From a virus, in IMG/VR virus record IMGVR_UViG_3300044846_000719, positions 1 through 64,000 of that record: 64,000 nt of DNA; one strand, given 5' to 3'. Both the position numbers and the translations under genes were made by a program. The notes below the pieces were generated by a model that did no database searches, was not told the DNA's origin, and saw only the letters and a list, made by a program, of their open reading frames with translations. Below are positions 1 through 10,273 of the stretch, piece after piece (position 1 is the first letter of the stretch; each line of letters starts with the position of its first letter).

Positions 1-459
1 AAAATGGATGTTGCATATATGGTAGGATACTGCTTAGGTGTAATTAAAATCTGTAGAGATGCAGATCCCTCTAAAAGAGAGATTGCTAAATATTTTAAGG
101 AAGCAGAAAAGCTGTGGGAAAACTATAAAAACAAAGAAAATGACATTTAATGATTTAATTTTTGTACCATCTACATATGCTGATGGTGTACATGCTATGG
201 TAACCTTTGATAATGGTTATGGTGCTAGTATAGTAAAAACTGATAGAAGTTATGGGGGTAAAGAAGGATTATATGAACTGGCTGTATTATTTGACGGTTT
301 AATATCTTATGATACACCTATAACAAATGATGTAATAGGTTTTCTTACAGAAGATGAGGTAACAGAGCTATTACAAAAAATAGAAGCTTTATGAAAATAT
401 TTAAATTCTTGTGGAATATAGATAAGTATATTTACATGACACAAGGTAAACTTTAATTT

Positions 460-1074
460 ATGAGAAGCAAATTTGAAATAAAAGACAATAGACCATTTAG
501 TGTAAAAGCTAAATCATTTGGACATAGTATCTTGTTCTGGAAAGGACGATCTAAGGGTATGATCTACACTCGTAACATTACTTTAGATGATTTCCGCTAT
601 ATTTTCTTTCCTAAAGGATTTGAGAAGTATGGGTATTTAGGAACACATCTATGGAATGAAGAAGGTGATTATTTTAATGCTCTTTATCCTTTAGTATTAG
701 CTATGGACTATGAAGCTAAGCCTAAATTCTGCCCAAGATGGTTTTTACGCTTCTTACATGTGTTTGGTAGTGATAAATCAATTGTAAGAGTTCGTAACTG
801 GACTTTGCATAACTTACTACGTAAACTAACTAAAGGTCTTGCCTTTGTAGATTGGAAGACTAAGTGGGAATCTTATGACCTACGTATCTCTATTCATGGA
901 CCTAAGCACTTACAAAACTTAGCTGATGATATAGAAAGCGGGTTTTACTCTAGAGGTGCACAAGAAGAGTTAGTAGCTAAAATTCTAGCAATAGATCCTA
1001 ATGCGGGTATCATCTGGGGTAGTGTAGATAGATTAGTAAAACAATTAGAGAAATTAGAAAACAAACAACCTTAA
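460..1074 (+). CDS. Hypothetical phage protein (204 aa)
   Basis: Longest ORF of the early cluster; aromatic-rich; no motif recognised. Confidence 0.7.
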   Translation: MRSKFEIKDNRPFSVKAKSFGHSILFWKGRSKGMIYTRNITLDDFRYIFFPKGFEKYGYLGTHLWNEEGDYFNALYPLVLAMDYEAKPKFCPRWFLRFLHVFGSDKSIVRVRNWTLHNLLRKLTKGLAFVDWKTKWESYDLRISIHGPKHLQNLADDIESGFYSRGAQEELVAKILAIDPNAGIIWGSVDRLVKQLEKLENKQP

Positions 1075-1701
1075 CAATGGCAAAACTAAAAAAAGAAGAT
1101 ACAAGTGAGCGTGAGTATACAGTTGGACAAACTGTAAAACACACTAAATTTGGTACAGGACAAGTAATCAACTCTGTTGATGGTGAATCTATAAAAGTAC
1201 AATTTGGTAAACGCCAGGTTATACTTTTATTAAAGTACAATAAAACAACATTACTAGAAGACAAACAATCATGACAAGAAGAAATTTATCAGGCATTTTC
1301 ATCTTTGAACAGTTTGAAGGTGAAGAAAAAAGAGAGCCCACTTGCTTTGAAGACTGCACAGAAGAAACACAGGACAAGTGGTTAGACACATTAGAAACAG
1401 AAGCATTAAAGAACCTCAGTAAACAGTTAGCAGAAACCTTAATTGGGGTTGCTGACTTTGCTGGTATAGCAAGAAATAATAATGAATCAGATGAATAATA
1501 AAGAAATAAAAACGGTAAATATTACTAAAAATACATTAGATATTGTATTTGAAGATTTGGACATGTTGAATAGGTTACTAAATGATATGGTCTCAGATAT
1601 GCACAATGTTAAAGGTGGACAGCAAGTACGCCATGCATATATGCTATATAGAGACTATATATTTAAAATACAACAAGAACTAAAGAAAGGGATACAAGCA
1701 G

Positions 1702-1992
1702 ATGACAAACAATAAACAACAGACGGCAGTCAGACTATACACAGAAGAACAAGTAAGAAAAATGCTTGAAGTTTGTATAGATAGTGATTTATACGAACAC
1801 ATTTTGACATTTGAGGATATATTTAAAACTCAAACCCCCATTGAACTACCAAGTAATGAGGAGATAGAGAAAGAATCTTTTGATTTGTACGCGAATCACA
1901 ACACATACTTACTTAATGTTCGTCAGTACAAAGCATTTAAGAGAGGCGCAAAATGGATGCGTGACAAAATACAAGGAGGAGGTGAGCAATGA
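1702..1992 (+). CDS. Hypothetical protein with MTNNKQ-TAV N-terminal module
   Basis: N-terminus nearly identical to that of ORF 2224..2472. Confidence 0.7.
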   Translation: MTNNKQQTAVRLYTEEQVRKMLEVCIDSDLYEHILTFEDIFKTQTPIELPSNEEIEKESFDLYANHNTYLLNVRQYKAFKRGAKWMRDKIQGGGEQ

Positions 1993-2114
1993 AAAAACTA
2001 TTTATAATATTCCTATTTTCAGGATGCTCTCAAAATAAAACAGAGCATAAGTTAAAAGTTACAGATACAACAATCTACTATGATAGTATGATTTTAATAA
2101 ATGAATCCCCTTAA
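1989..2114 (+). CDS. Small putative lipoprotein (41 aa), not in ORF track
   Basis: Manual translation MKKLFIIFLFSGCSQNKTEHK...; basic N-terminus, short hydrophobic stretch, lipobox-like FSG-C; ATGA overlap with upstream ORF. Confidence 0.6.
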   Translation: MKKLFIIFLFSGCSQNKTEHKLKVTDTTIYYDSMILINESP

Positions 2115-2123
2115 ACTAAAACT

Positions 2124-2222
2124 ATGCAAACATTAGCTACAATACTAATCCTAGTTCTCATTTGGTTATCAGTATTAGCCTATTCTAAGTACCGTAATGA
2201 TAATTTTAACCCATATAAATAA
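2124..2222 (+). CDS. Small single-TM protein (32 aa), not in ORF track
   Basis: MQTLATILILVLIWLSVLAYSKYR...; fills the gap and stops 1 nt before the next ATG. Confidence 0.5.
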   Translation: MQTLATILILVLIWLSVLAYSKYRNDNFNPYK

Positions 2223-2223
2223 T

Positions 2224-2472
2224 ATGACAAACAATAAACAAAAAACAGCAGTAGAATGGTTATGGGAAATTGCATATAATAGAGAATTAACCTCTGAAGC
2301 TTGGAAACAAGCTAAAGAAATGGAAGCGATTGGAAAGGAAATGAGTTATGACGATGGTTATAGGGAAGGTTACAAAAGGGCATATGAATTGATGGAATGG
2401 TGTATGAAAAACTACATTGGTGGAAAGGTACAAGACCATATTGGTGACACCAACAAAAAGGTAGATGAGTAA
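2224..2472 (+). CDS. Hypothetical protein, KQ-TAVEWL type
   Basis: Start reassigned to ATG 2224 (MTNNKQKTAVEWL) from gene packing and similarity to ORF 1702. Confidence 0.7.
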   Translation: MTNNKQKTAVEWLWEIAYNRELTSEAWKQAKEMEAIGKEMSYDDGYREGYKRAYELMEWCMKNYIGGKVQDHIGDTNKKVDE

Positions 2473-3886
2473 TGCTAGAAGATATTATTAACCCAACACC
2501 AGCTAGGCAGCTGATTAATGATTTTTATTATCAGTTGCCTAACAATGGTTCTTTAAAAGAAGGACTACTAAGCTGTGAGAGAAGATATAATGAAGCAATT
2601 ATTTGTGCTTTAATTTGCATAGACAAGATGATAATGATTGCTCCTTGGGGAGGTATTATTGATAATGAAGTTGAAGATGGGTCTAAGGAATATTACATGA
2701 AAGTAAAAGAAGAACTAATACAAATTAAAGATGATCAAATGGAAATACAAACCGGCAGGTAACTGTCCAGTACAAGCAGAAGGCTGGTTCTTAGGACATT
2801 ATTTTTACTTTAGAGCTAGAGGTGAATGGGCTATTATTGAATTTGCTAAGACTGAAGAAGATCAGGAAGCAGATATACTTAGTGCTTTTTATGTCTTAAC
2901 TAAGACAGAAGAGTATATGGCCGGTTGGCTACCTAAATGGAAATCTAGATTGCTAATTTACAAAGGATGTATTAAATTTATACTTAAACATAAACATAAA
3001 TCATATGAGTAAAATAAAACAAACTAAAATACCAATGCTAATGACTACAGATAATGTACTTAAGGTTGCTGTTCAGCAAGGAGTAATTGAGGATGATTAT
3101 AACTGGAAGTTAGTTAGAGAACGTGATGGCTTAGTTAATCAGTCTAAAGAAATTCTTTGGTTAGAGTTTGATGAGAAAGGTAATTTTAAAGAGAAACATG
3201 ATGAGCCTGCTGTAGGACGTGGATTACTTATGTCTCCTTTTAATCCTTACTTTACTTGGCAGACAACTTCTATCACAGAGATCTATGAACAGAAAGAAAA
3301 CTATCTTAAATTTAAAACAGGTAATAGCATTTATGAACTATGGAAACTAAAAAACGATTAACAAGAGAACAAAAGAAAGAACAAGCATTAATTGACTTAG
3401 TCAATCAAATGTTTATTATTGCTGGTCATAATGTAACCTATGATGATATTTTAGATAAAGAGAATTGGTTTCAAGAATATACAATGACCGTTGAACAGGC
3501 AGAAGAATTAAAAGAATGGGGTATTGCTTATTTACGCAAAAACTTAAAATTAAATAAAGTAATGGCAGAGCGTCAAATGACTTGGTTTAATTTTCAATGG
3601 GGTTTAAGGTACAGTAACTGGGAAGAATATAATAAAGATAAAATATGAAAGAACAAGATATAATTAATTTAGGATTTGAGACGGAGTTTGGTGAGAACAA
3701 TAGTTTTTATTACTATACATTAAATATTGGTGATGATTATACACCACTATGTTTAATATCTAATGCAAATGATGATACTGTAGATGAAAACTGGTGGTAT
3801 GTTAGCATACTTAACCATGAGTCTATCAAGTTTAAAGAGCGGGATAAGCTAAGAGATTTTATATATCTTTTACAAAATCTTTAACT

Positions 3887-4045
3887 ATGAAAATCTTTGT
3901 ATTTAAATTAGTTTTAATAGTTACCCTATTCTTTCTTGGATTTGTTGGCCTGATTGTAAATATCATGTACCTCTTTACGGAAGCATTTGATAATATTATA
4001 AATAAGTTATGTACTAAAATAGAAGATAAAGTAGATAGCTTATGA
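3887..4045 (+). CDS. Small membrane protein (52 aa), not in ORF track
   Basis: MKIFVFKLVLIVTLFFLGFVGLIVNIMYLF...; ATGA overlap with ORF 4042. Confidence 0.55.
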   Translation: MKIFVFKLVLIVTLFFLGFVGLIVNIMYLFTEAFDNIINKLCTKIEDKVDSL

Positions 4046-4210
4046 CTGAATTAAAACTAAATCTGCAGGGTTGTACGCCCAGGCAGTATGCTGCACTTAT
4101 TTTAAGGGATGATTTAGGATATACTCACGGTAAAGGTGGTGTAAGAATGGAGATTGATAGATCTGCGTTTGCTAGTTTATATCAGAGAGCAAGAATTAAA
4201 ATTGAGAAGT

Positions 4211-4393
4211 ATGAAAGACCTTTACAAGAAGAACAGATGTAATGTGTGTAGGGTAAGTATACCCGATAAGGATTTATTTTGTGAGAAATGTAACAAATTA
4301 CCTTATTACCCTGATAAATACGTATCATCAGAAGAAAGACTACTTGGTATCACAGAAGATAACAGTGAGTTTTATACTATGGATGATGACTAA
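4211..4393 (+). CDS. Small zinc-ribbon protein
   Basis: CNVC-x9-CEKC after the internal Met at 4211. Confidence 0.5.
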   Translation: MKDLYKKNRCNVCRVSIPDKDLFCEKCNKLPYYPDKYVSSEERLLGITEDNSEFYTMDDD

Positions 4394-4777
4394 AACAACT
4401 AACTATGAAGACAAGAATTATTTTTATTATTTTATCACCCCTAATGTTGTTAGGATTAACACAACTATCTATTAAAGCGTGTAAATTTCAAAGACTGCGT
4501 AAGTTATACGTAAAGAAATACACTCATTACAGAGATAAAGGTTTAGTTAAAGACTCATACTGTGAGTACTATATACAAGCCTTTAGTGAATTTAGAATTT
4601 GGATGTTTAAAGAGTTTATGTTTAAAGGACACTATACTATTAAGCATTTCTTTGAAGATACCTATGTATATAAGAATATGTCTGCTTATTACATAAAAGA
4701 GTCCGGGGATGTGCCATTTATACCAGAATTAAATGATATAATGACCTACTGGAAAACACACAGACAATCAAAAGCTT

Positions 4778-4806
4778 AGGGGGTAGAAATATCCCCTTTA
4801 TTTTTT
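4778..4806 (+). terminator. Intrinsic terminator
   Basis: AGGGGG...TCCCCT stem followed by T-tract after ORF 4405..4779. Confidence 0.7.
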
Positions 4807-4813
4807 ATATTTG
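4806..4813 (+). promoter_or_regulatory. Bacteroidota sigma70 -7 element (TAnnTTTG)
   Basis: TATATTTG directly after the terminator, 6 nt before ATG 4820. Confidence 0.65.
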
Positions 4814-4819
4814 AAGACT

Positions 4820-5086
4820 ATGACAAATACACAATTACTGATTGCAGAAGTATGTGATGAGATTAAAGAGTTGCTAATAGATAAGAATAGAAAGTATGGC
4901 GATTCAGCTATAAATCCTATTAGAATACTATCTAAAAGTAGTAATACAGAACAGATACTTGTTAGGATTGATGACAAACTTAACAGGATTAAAAATATGC
5001 AATCTGATGAAGATGAAGATGTCATTACTGATCTAATTGGATATTTGGTGTTATATAAAGTTGCAAAAAAACTTATTAATAATTAA
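4820..5086 (+). CDS. DUF1599 / nucleotide-modification-associated domain 1-like protein
   Basis: KNRKYGDS...RIDDKLNRI...D..TDLIGYL pattern. Confidence 0.7.
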   Translation: MTNTQLLIAEVCDEIKELLIDKNRKYGDSAINPIRILSKSSNTEQILVRIDDKLNRIKNMQSDEDEDVITDLIGYLVLYKVAKKLINN

Positions 5087-5161
5087 TTTTAAAATATTCT
5101 AGGTAGATTATATATCAATAACTTACAAAGACATGAAGAAAAAAACAAATACATTAATCTT

Positions 5162-5824
5162 ATGAAAATAGTTTGTATATCTGACACACATACCATGCAT
5201 GAAGATGTTAATCTTCCTAATGGTGACATTTTAATACATGCCGGTGACTTTAGTAATAAAGGAGGAAAAAGTGATGTAGAAGATTTCTTTGGATGGTTAA
5301 TGAGGATGAAACCTAAGTATAGGTATATAATATTCATTGCCGGTAACCATGATAAATCTTTTGATGAGAAATACGGTACTATGTCGGATTGGTTAGCAGA
5401 GGGTATAGCAGAGTTAGAACAGAATTATATCTATTACTTAAAAGATGATCTTATTGAGTTAGAAGGTATTAGGTTTTATGGTATGCCTTGGACACCATGG
5501 TTTTATGGAGATACTTGGGCCTTTAATAAAAAATTAGGACCTGATATGCAAGAAGTTATAGATATGATTGAACCATGTGATGTATTAATTACACACGGGC
5601 CGCCATTGTATACCGGAGACTTAGCAGCAAATAATGGACAATTTGTAGGCTGTCCTCACTTAAAAGAGAAGATAGAAGAGATACAACCAAGATTACACAT
5701 TTGTGGACATATACATGAGGGTAGTGGAGTACAGTTAGTAGATAGATGTATACATGTTAATGCCTCACAACTTAATGAGCACTACGAAGTAGTTAATGAA
5801 CCATACATAATTGATTTACCATAA
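5162..5824 (+). CDS. Calcineurin-like metallophosphoesterase
   Basis: ISDTH, HAGD, AGNHD, THGPP and CGHIHE motifs. Confidence 0.95.
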   Translation: MKIVCISDTHTMHEDVNLPNGDILIHAGDFSNKGGKSDVEDFFGWLMRMKPKYRYIIFIAGNHDKSFDEKYGTMSDWLAEGIAELEQNYIYYLKDDLIELEGIRFYGMPWTPWFYGDTWAFNKKLGPDMQEVIDMIEPCDVLITHGPPLYTGDLAANNGQFVGCPHLKEKIEEIQPRLHICGHIHEGSGVQLVDRCIHVNASQLNEHYEVVNEPYIIDLP

Positions 5825-6000
5825 TGAAAATTGAACACACTTATTACAACTTCTTTAGAAAGAAGGTAGGACAAAGAAATTATCCTTACGTATTTTTTTA
5901 TCCATTTCCATTTATTGCAATATCTAGAACTGGTGTAACATACAAGTTTAGTATAACGCTAGGATGGTTATTCTGGACAGCTTATTTAAAATTTAAATGA
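5824..6000 (+). CDS. Small aromatic-rich hypothetical protein (58 aa), not in ORF track
   Basis: TAATG and ATGA overlaps with both neighbours; MKIEHTYYNF...LGWLFWTAYLKFK. Confidence 0.6.
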   Translation: MKIEHTYYNFFRKKVGQRNYPYVFFYPFPFIAISRTGVTYKFSITLGWLFWTAYLKFK

Positions 6001-7100
6001 CAAAAAGAGACCAAGTACAACAAAATGCTTTAATAGAAGTAATTAAATACAAAAGAAGTAGCGCTGTAATGAGCATGGGTTCCGGTAAAACTAAACTGGG
6101 CCTAATGCACATGCAGTACTATTTACATGACCAAAGTAGGTATTTAGTAGTAGCACCAAAGAGATCTATCTTCCAATCTTGGATAGATGATTGTAAGAAA
6201 TTTGAGTGTGAAGAGTTACTAGAACACATTACTTTCACAACATACTTATCTTTAGGTAAGAACAAGATAGATTATGACTGTGTATATCTTGATGAGATGC
6301 ATAGTTTATTAGATAGTCACTTAGAGTGGCTTGATACTTACCGTGGTAGAATACTAGGCTTAACCGGCACACCTCCTAAAAGAGGAGCTAAAGCTGATAT
6401 AGTATACAAGTATTGCCCGGTTAAGTTTACATACACTGTAGATACCGCAATTGATGATAAAATTCTTAATGACTATGAGATACATGTGCATACAATGCCT
6501 TTGGATACTAGAAATACAATTAAGAAAGAATCTAAAAAGACCGGTACATGGTATACATCAGAGTATAAACAGTATAGTTTCTGGAATAATAAGTTACAAA
6601 ATGCTACCAGTGATAAAGAACTACGGTTCTTAAGAATCATGCGCATGAAAACACTTATGAGCTTACCAAGCAAAGAAGCATATACTACTAAACTCATGAA
6701 TAATACTGACAATAAATGTATAGTGTTTGCTAATACAAAAGAACAGGCCGATAAACTTTGCAGGTATAGCTATTATTCCGGGAATAAAAAATCTGAGGAG
6801 AATCTTCAGAAATTTAAAGATGGTACTATAAATAGTCTAAGCTGTGTACTACAACTTAATGAAGGTATTAATATCCCTAATCTTAAAGAAGGTATTATCC
6901 TACATAGTTATAGTAATGAACGCAAGTCTAATCAGCGTATAGGTAGATTATTAAGACTGAATCCGGATGATACATCTATTATCCATGTACTATGCTATAG
7001 TAATACTATAGATGAGACATGGGTGAAAGAAGCACTCTCTGATTTAGATCAAAGTAAAATTACCTGGAAGAACATTAATCAGTTAGAGTTAGAGTTATGA
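5997..7100 (+). CDS. Superfamily 2 (DExH) helicase
   Basis: GSGKT Walker A, DEMH, GLTGT, EGINIP and QRIGR motifs. Confidence 0.92.
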   Translation: MTKRDQVQQNALIEVIKYKRSSAVMSMGSGKTKLGLMHMQYYLHDQSRYLVVAPKRSIFQSWIDDCKKFECEELLEHITFTTYLSLGKNKIDYDCVYLDEMHSLLDSHLEWLDTYRGRILGLTGTPPKRGAKADIVYKYCPVKFTYTVDTAIDDKILNDYEIHVHTMPLDTRNTIKKESKKTGTWYTSEYKQYSFWNNKLQNATSDKELRFLRIMRMKTLMSLPSKEAYTTKLMNNTDNKCIVFANTKEQADKLCRYSYYSGNKKSEENLQKFKDGTINSLSCVLQLNEGINIPNLKEGIILHSYSNERKSNQRIGRLLRLNPDDTSIIHVLCYSNTIDETWVKEALSDLDQSKITWKNINQLELEL

Positions 7101-7486
7101 AAGTATTTACAACAACATTAGTTAAGAAAGATGGCAAGTTAGATTTTAATAATGATGCCGTCAAAAAAGTGTATAACAGTTTTGTTGGAGTAGTACCGGA
7201 TGGTTTTACTGTTAATGTAATCTTTGAATTAAATGGCCCCAAAGCTACACTTGCTCAAATCTCTAAAGTGCATGCTGCATGTAGAGAGATAGCAGTATTT
7301 ACGGGACATAACTTTGAGGATATAAAGTTATTAGTGAAAGAAAAAGCAGGACTTATTATAAAAAATAATAGTGATGGGGACACCACCACTATTATAAAGT
7401 CCTTTGGAGATTGCTCTAAGGAAGAAATGAGCCAGGCAATACAGGTTACCGAAGAATTGTGTGCAGATATGGGTATTGGATGTTAG
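7097..7486 (+). CDS. NinB/Orf-like recombination protein
   Basis: T-LAQ...HA..REIA..TGH..EDIK...S...SKEEMS pattern. Confidence 0.6.
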   Translation: MKVFTTTLVKKDGKLDFNNDAVKKVYNSFVGVVPDGFTVNVIFELNGPKATLAQISKVHAACREIAVFTGHNFEDIKLLVKEKAGLIIKNNSDGDTTTIIKSFGDCSKEEMSQAIQVTEELCADMGIGC

Positions 7487-7827
7487 TCCAAAATATCTGT
7501 AGACTCTAAAGTTTCTCCTTCTTGTGTAGGATTAACCATTTCTTCCGCATCTTTCTGCATTTCTTCAACACTCTTCATTTCGGTAAGGTTGTTTTCTTTA
7601 GCAGTTCTTTCAATATCATTGATAAGAATTGCTAAAGTTTCATAATGAAACTCCCATGCCTCTGAATGAGTTTGGCTTTTAATTTTCTCACTAGCAGCTT
7701 GAATCTCTTCTTTAGAGATGTCTTTCAACATGTGTACTAATAAAGATTGTACACGGGTTAAGAAAGCGCCATTAACTTTGATTTCTACAATGGTAGACAA
7801 CGGTAGTACTTCAACTAATTCTGACAT
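7483..7827 (-). CDS. Hypothetical acidic protein, antisense to its neighbours
   Basis: Start reassigned to MSELVEV; own TATATTTG element 6 nt upstream. Confidence 0.7.
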   Translation of the reverse strand: MSELVEVLPLSTIVEIKVNGAFLTRVQSLLVHMLKDISKEEIQAASEKIKSQTHSEAWEFHYETLAILINDIERTAKENNLTEMKSVEEMQKDAEEMVNPTQEGETLESTDILD

Positions 7828-7833
7828 AACATG

Positions 7834-7841
7834 CAAATATA
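7834..7841 (-). promoter_or_regulatory. TAnnTTTG -7 promoter element
   Basis: Reverse complement reads TATATTTG-CATGTT-ATG. Confidence 0.65.
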
Positions 7842-7846
7842 AGATT

Positions 7847-8569
7847 ATGAACAATGTACAACAAATAAATATACAAGAAATACAAAAAAAATTAGTAGAT
7901 AGTATCAATCATACAGATTGGTATGGTTTGTTAAACCATTTTATTACTAAGAGTGAGTTTCAGGAAATACTTGAAGAGTTATTATTTCAGGTAGAAGAGG
8001 GTAAAAGATTTGTACCAAAGATTAAAAACACACTTAATGCTTTTAAAGAATGTAGTTTTAAAGACTTAAAGGTTGTAGTTATTGGTCAAGATCCTTATCC
8101 ATGGTTATATAAAAATCATCCTGACGGTACTGTAGCAGATGGACTAGCATTTAGTTGTGGTCATAGTATGAAAGTACAACCATCATTGCAGTATATGTTT
8201 GATGCTTTAGGTAAAGCTGAAGAAGATAGAAATCCGGATTTAAAGTATTTAGCACACCAAGGTGTATTGTTATTAAACAGCGCATTTACTGTAGAAGTAA
8301 ATAAGCCGGGCACTCATTATCACATATGGAAACCATTCATGAATATTATTCTTGATGCTATATGTTATAATACATCAGGAATTGTATTTATATTGCTAGG
8401 GAAAGTAGCACAGCAGTTTGAAGATATGATCACTGAAGACAATTTAATACTAAAAGCTAGCCATCCAGCAAGTGCAGGATATAGTAAAGGTGTTTGGGAT
8501 TGCAGTGATGTCTTTAATAAAACTAATGAGTATCTTTTAGAAAGAGGTAAAACTATAATACAATGGTAA
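7847..8569 (+). CDS. ung: Uracil-DNA glycosylase, family 1
   Basis: GQDPYP, GLAFS, QPSL, QGVLLLN and HPAS motifs; start reassigned to ATG 7847. Confidence 0.95.
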   Translation: MNNVQQINIQEIQKKLVDSINHTDWYGLLNHFITKSEFQEILEELLFQVEEGKRFVPKIKNTLNAFKECSFKDLKVVVIGQDPYPWLYKNHPDGTVADGLAFSCGHSMKVQPSLQYMFDALGKAEEDRNPDLKYLAHQGVLLLNSAFTVEVNKPGTHYHIWKPFMNIILDAICYNTSGIVFILLGKVAQQFEDMITEDNLILKASHPASAGYSKGVWDCSDVFNKTNEYLLERGKTIIQW

Positions 8570-8706
8570 GAGATTTTATTGACCTGGTAATCTGTACTTA
8601 TATACATAAGAAGTACAAAGAAAAAAACCCGGCTGTTGTGGCCAGGTTTCTTAAGTTAAAGTATGGTGTATCTTGTTCTATTGATGTAATCAATAATAGA
8701 TACAAT

Positions 8707-9234
8707 TTAGAAAAATGCTTTCTTGAGTCTGAATCCAACGTAAAGAACAATAGCTAATAAAAGACCGTAGAGCTCTGCTTTTAACTTTTTAACATCAGAG
8801 CTCTTATCTTTTATAATAAACTCTTGTTCTTTAATAGTGCTATCCTTAAGACGGATATCATTCTCTAATACAGACTCATAAGATTTATCTCTTAGTTTCT
8901 GTGTAATAGTATTATTTTTTACAATAGTCTGAGTTTTTTCAGGACAAAATGCTGAAACAGCACCATTGTGTATTGTAATTCTTACATCACCAACTGTAGT
9001 ATCTAGATTAACACCTTTTAAACCATCATGAATAACTGTAGTTTGTTTTACGGTATCAATAGTTGTAAGAGTATCAATATTAGTAACAGTGTCAATAATG
9101 GTATCAACAACACATAGCTTTCTTCTGAAGAACTCTTCCTTGGTGTTGCTGATATGTTTTTCCTTAAAGGCAAGTTTAACCGGATTACATGCTAATAATG
9201 TAATTGCTAATAAGATTGATAATTTGTATTTCAT
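8707..9234 (-). CDS. Lipoprotein with C-terminal TM helix; probable unimolecular spanin
   Basis: Lipobox LLA-C, beta-rich middle, coiled coil, C-terminal LYGLLLAIVLYVGF followed by basic tail. Confidence 0.65.
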   Translation of the reverse strand: MKYKLSILLAITLLACNPVKLAFKEKHISNTKEEFFRRKLCVVDTIIDTVTNIDTLTTIDTVKQTTVIHDGLKGVNLDTTVGDVRITIHNGAVSAFCPEKTQTIVKNNTITQKLRDKSYESVLENDIRLKDSTIKEQEFIIKDKSSDVKKLKAELYGLLLAIVLYVGFRLKKAFF

Positions 9235-9242
9235 AAATGGTT

Positions 9243-9557
9243 TTAAATGTTGACAGGACGAAGTTGTGATTTTAGATCACATATTTCTTCGTGTTTAGCA
9301 AAGGGTATAAAGAATGGTAATGTCTTATCCTCTTTGATTGGCTCATTAGAAGCTTTCTTAAAGTATGTACCTTTAATCAAAGCTATATCACGCTCTAATG
9401 ACTCTATTCTTGCTTGTTGTGAACTTGATACCTCTAAAAGGCGCTTAACATCACGCTTCATTTCTTGAAGATCAGTCCATATCATCATACCTAAAACTGA
9501 TAGGATTGCAGGGCTGGCCCAGATCTTAATTTTATCTATGATGTTAATTGTAGGCAT
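9243..9557 (-). CDS. Single-TM coiled-coil membrane protein (lysis-associated?)
   Basis: N-terminal hydrophobic helix then heptad pattern; co-oriented with the putative spanin. Confidence 0.5.
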   Translation of the reverse strand: MPTINIIDKIKIWASPAILSVLGMMIWTDLQEMKRDVKRLLEVSSSQQARIESLERDIALIKGTYFKKASNEPIKEDKTLPFFIPFAKHEEICDLKSQLRPVNI

Positions 9558-9574
9558 AACTTAAAAAAGGTTAG

Positions 9575-9622
9575 CCTCTCCCTGAAGAACCTTATCTACA
9601 TTGATCTGCAGACAGGGAGAGG
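9575..9622 (-). promoter_or_regulatory. 5' UTR stem-loop upstream of ORF 9557
   Basis: Perfect 10-bp inverted repeat CCTCTCCCTG / CAGGGAGAGG around a 28-nt loop. Confidence 0.55.
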
Positions 9623-9726
9623 TATCACCCAAAAAACTTAAACAGTTAACACTATGATAGATAGAAACTTTCAAAATATACGCAGATTTATAGATAAGAT
9701 ATTGTTTATATTCCGGTAGTATGCTT

Positions 9727-9734
9727 TATATTTG
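9727..9734 (+). promoter_or_regulatory. TAnnTTTG -7 element heading the replication operon
   Basis: TATATTTG in the intergenic gap, about 30 nt before ATG 9764. Confidence 0.65.
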
Positions 9735-9763
9735 TACCCCTATTATTAATATACACACCATAC

Positions 9764-10273
9764 ATGAAAGAAACAACAAAAAATAAAGATGTAGAAGAAC
9801 TTATTTCTAAGTTTAAAAAGAAGATTTTTGCTAGTCATGGTATTAAACTAACTATACTAACACCAGCTGATGATATTTATAGATTAACTATACCGGAAAC
9901 AGCTAGCATTGTAAACAAACATTTACTTAAGTACAATTTCAACAACAAGAAGAAGTCTGTTGACTTACAAAATAAAAGCAGGAGAGATGATAGAGTATTA
10001 CATCACCAAGTATTCTGTAAAATTTGTAAGGACATGAACTATACTCTTACAGAGATTGGTAGATACTTAGATAAAGATCACAGTACAATTATTTACTCAA
10101 TAAGACGGGCCACAGATATGATATACATTAATGACAATAGGTTCTTAACTGTATACAATTCTGTAAAAAAACAAGTAATTAATGAACTAGAAAATGGAAG
10201 AGATATTCAATATACTACTGAAGAGGGGAATGACTCCAAATCAGCATTACATGTTACACTGTCTGAAGCATAG
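9764..10273 (+). CDS. DnaA C-terminal (domain IV)-like HTH protein
   Basis: KSR...TLTEIGRYLDKDHSTIIYS resembles the DnaA signature; no AAA+ domain. Confidence 0.75.
   Translation: MKETTKNKDVEELISKFKKKIFASHGIKLTILTPADDIYRLTIPETASIVNKHLLKYNFNNKKKSVDLQNKSRRDDRVLHHQVFCKICKDMNYTLTEIGRYLDKDHSTIIYSIRRATDMIYINDNRFLTVYNSVKKQVINELENGRDIQYTTEEGNDSKSALHVTLSEA

Larger units (their letters stand above)
59..4779 (+). other. Cluster of about 20 short, tightly packed hypothetical phage ORFs (early/accessory region)
   Basis: Same-strand ORFs of about 20-200 aa, many with overlapping stop/start codons; no recognisable catalytic motifs. Confidence 0.8.
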
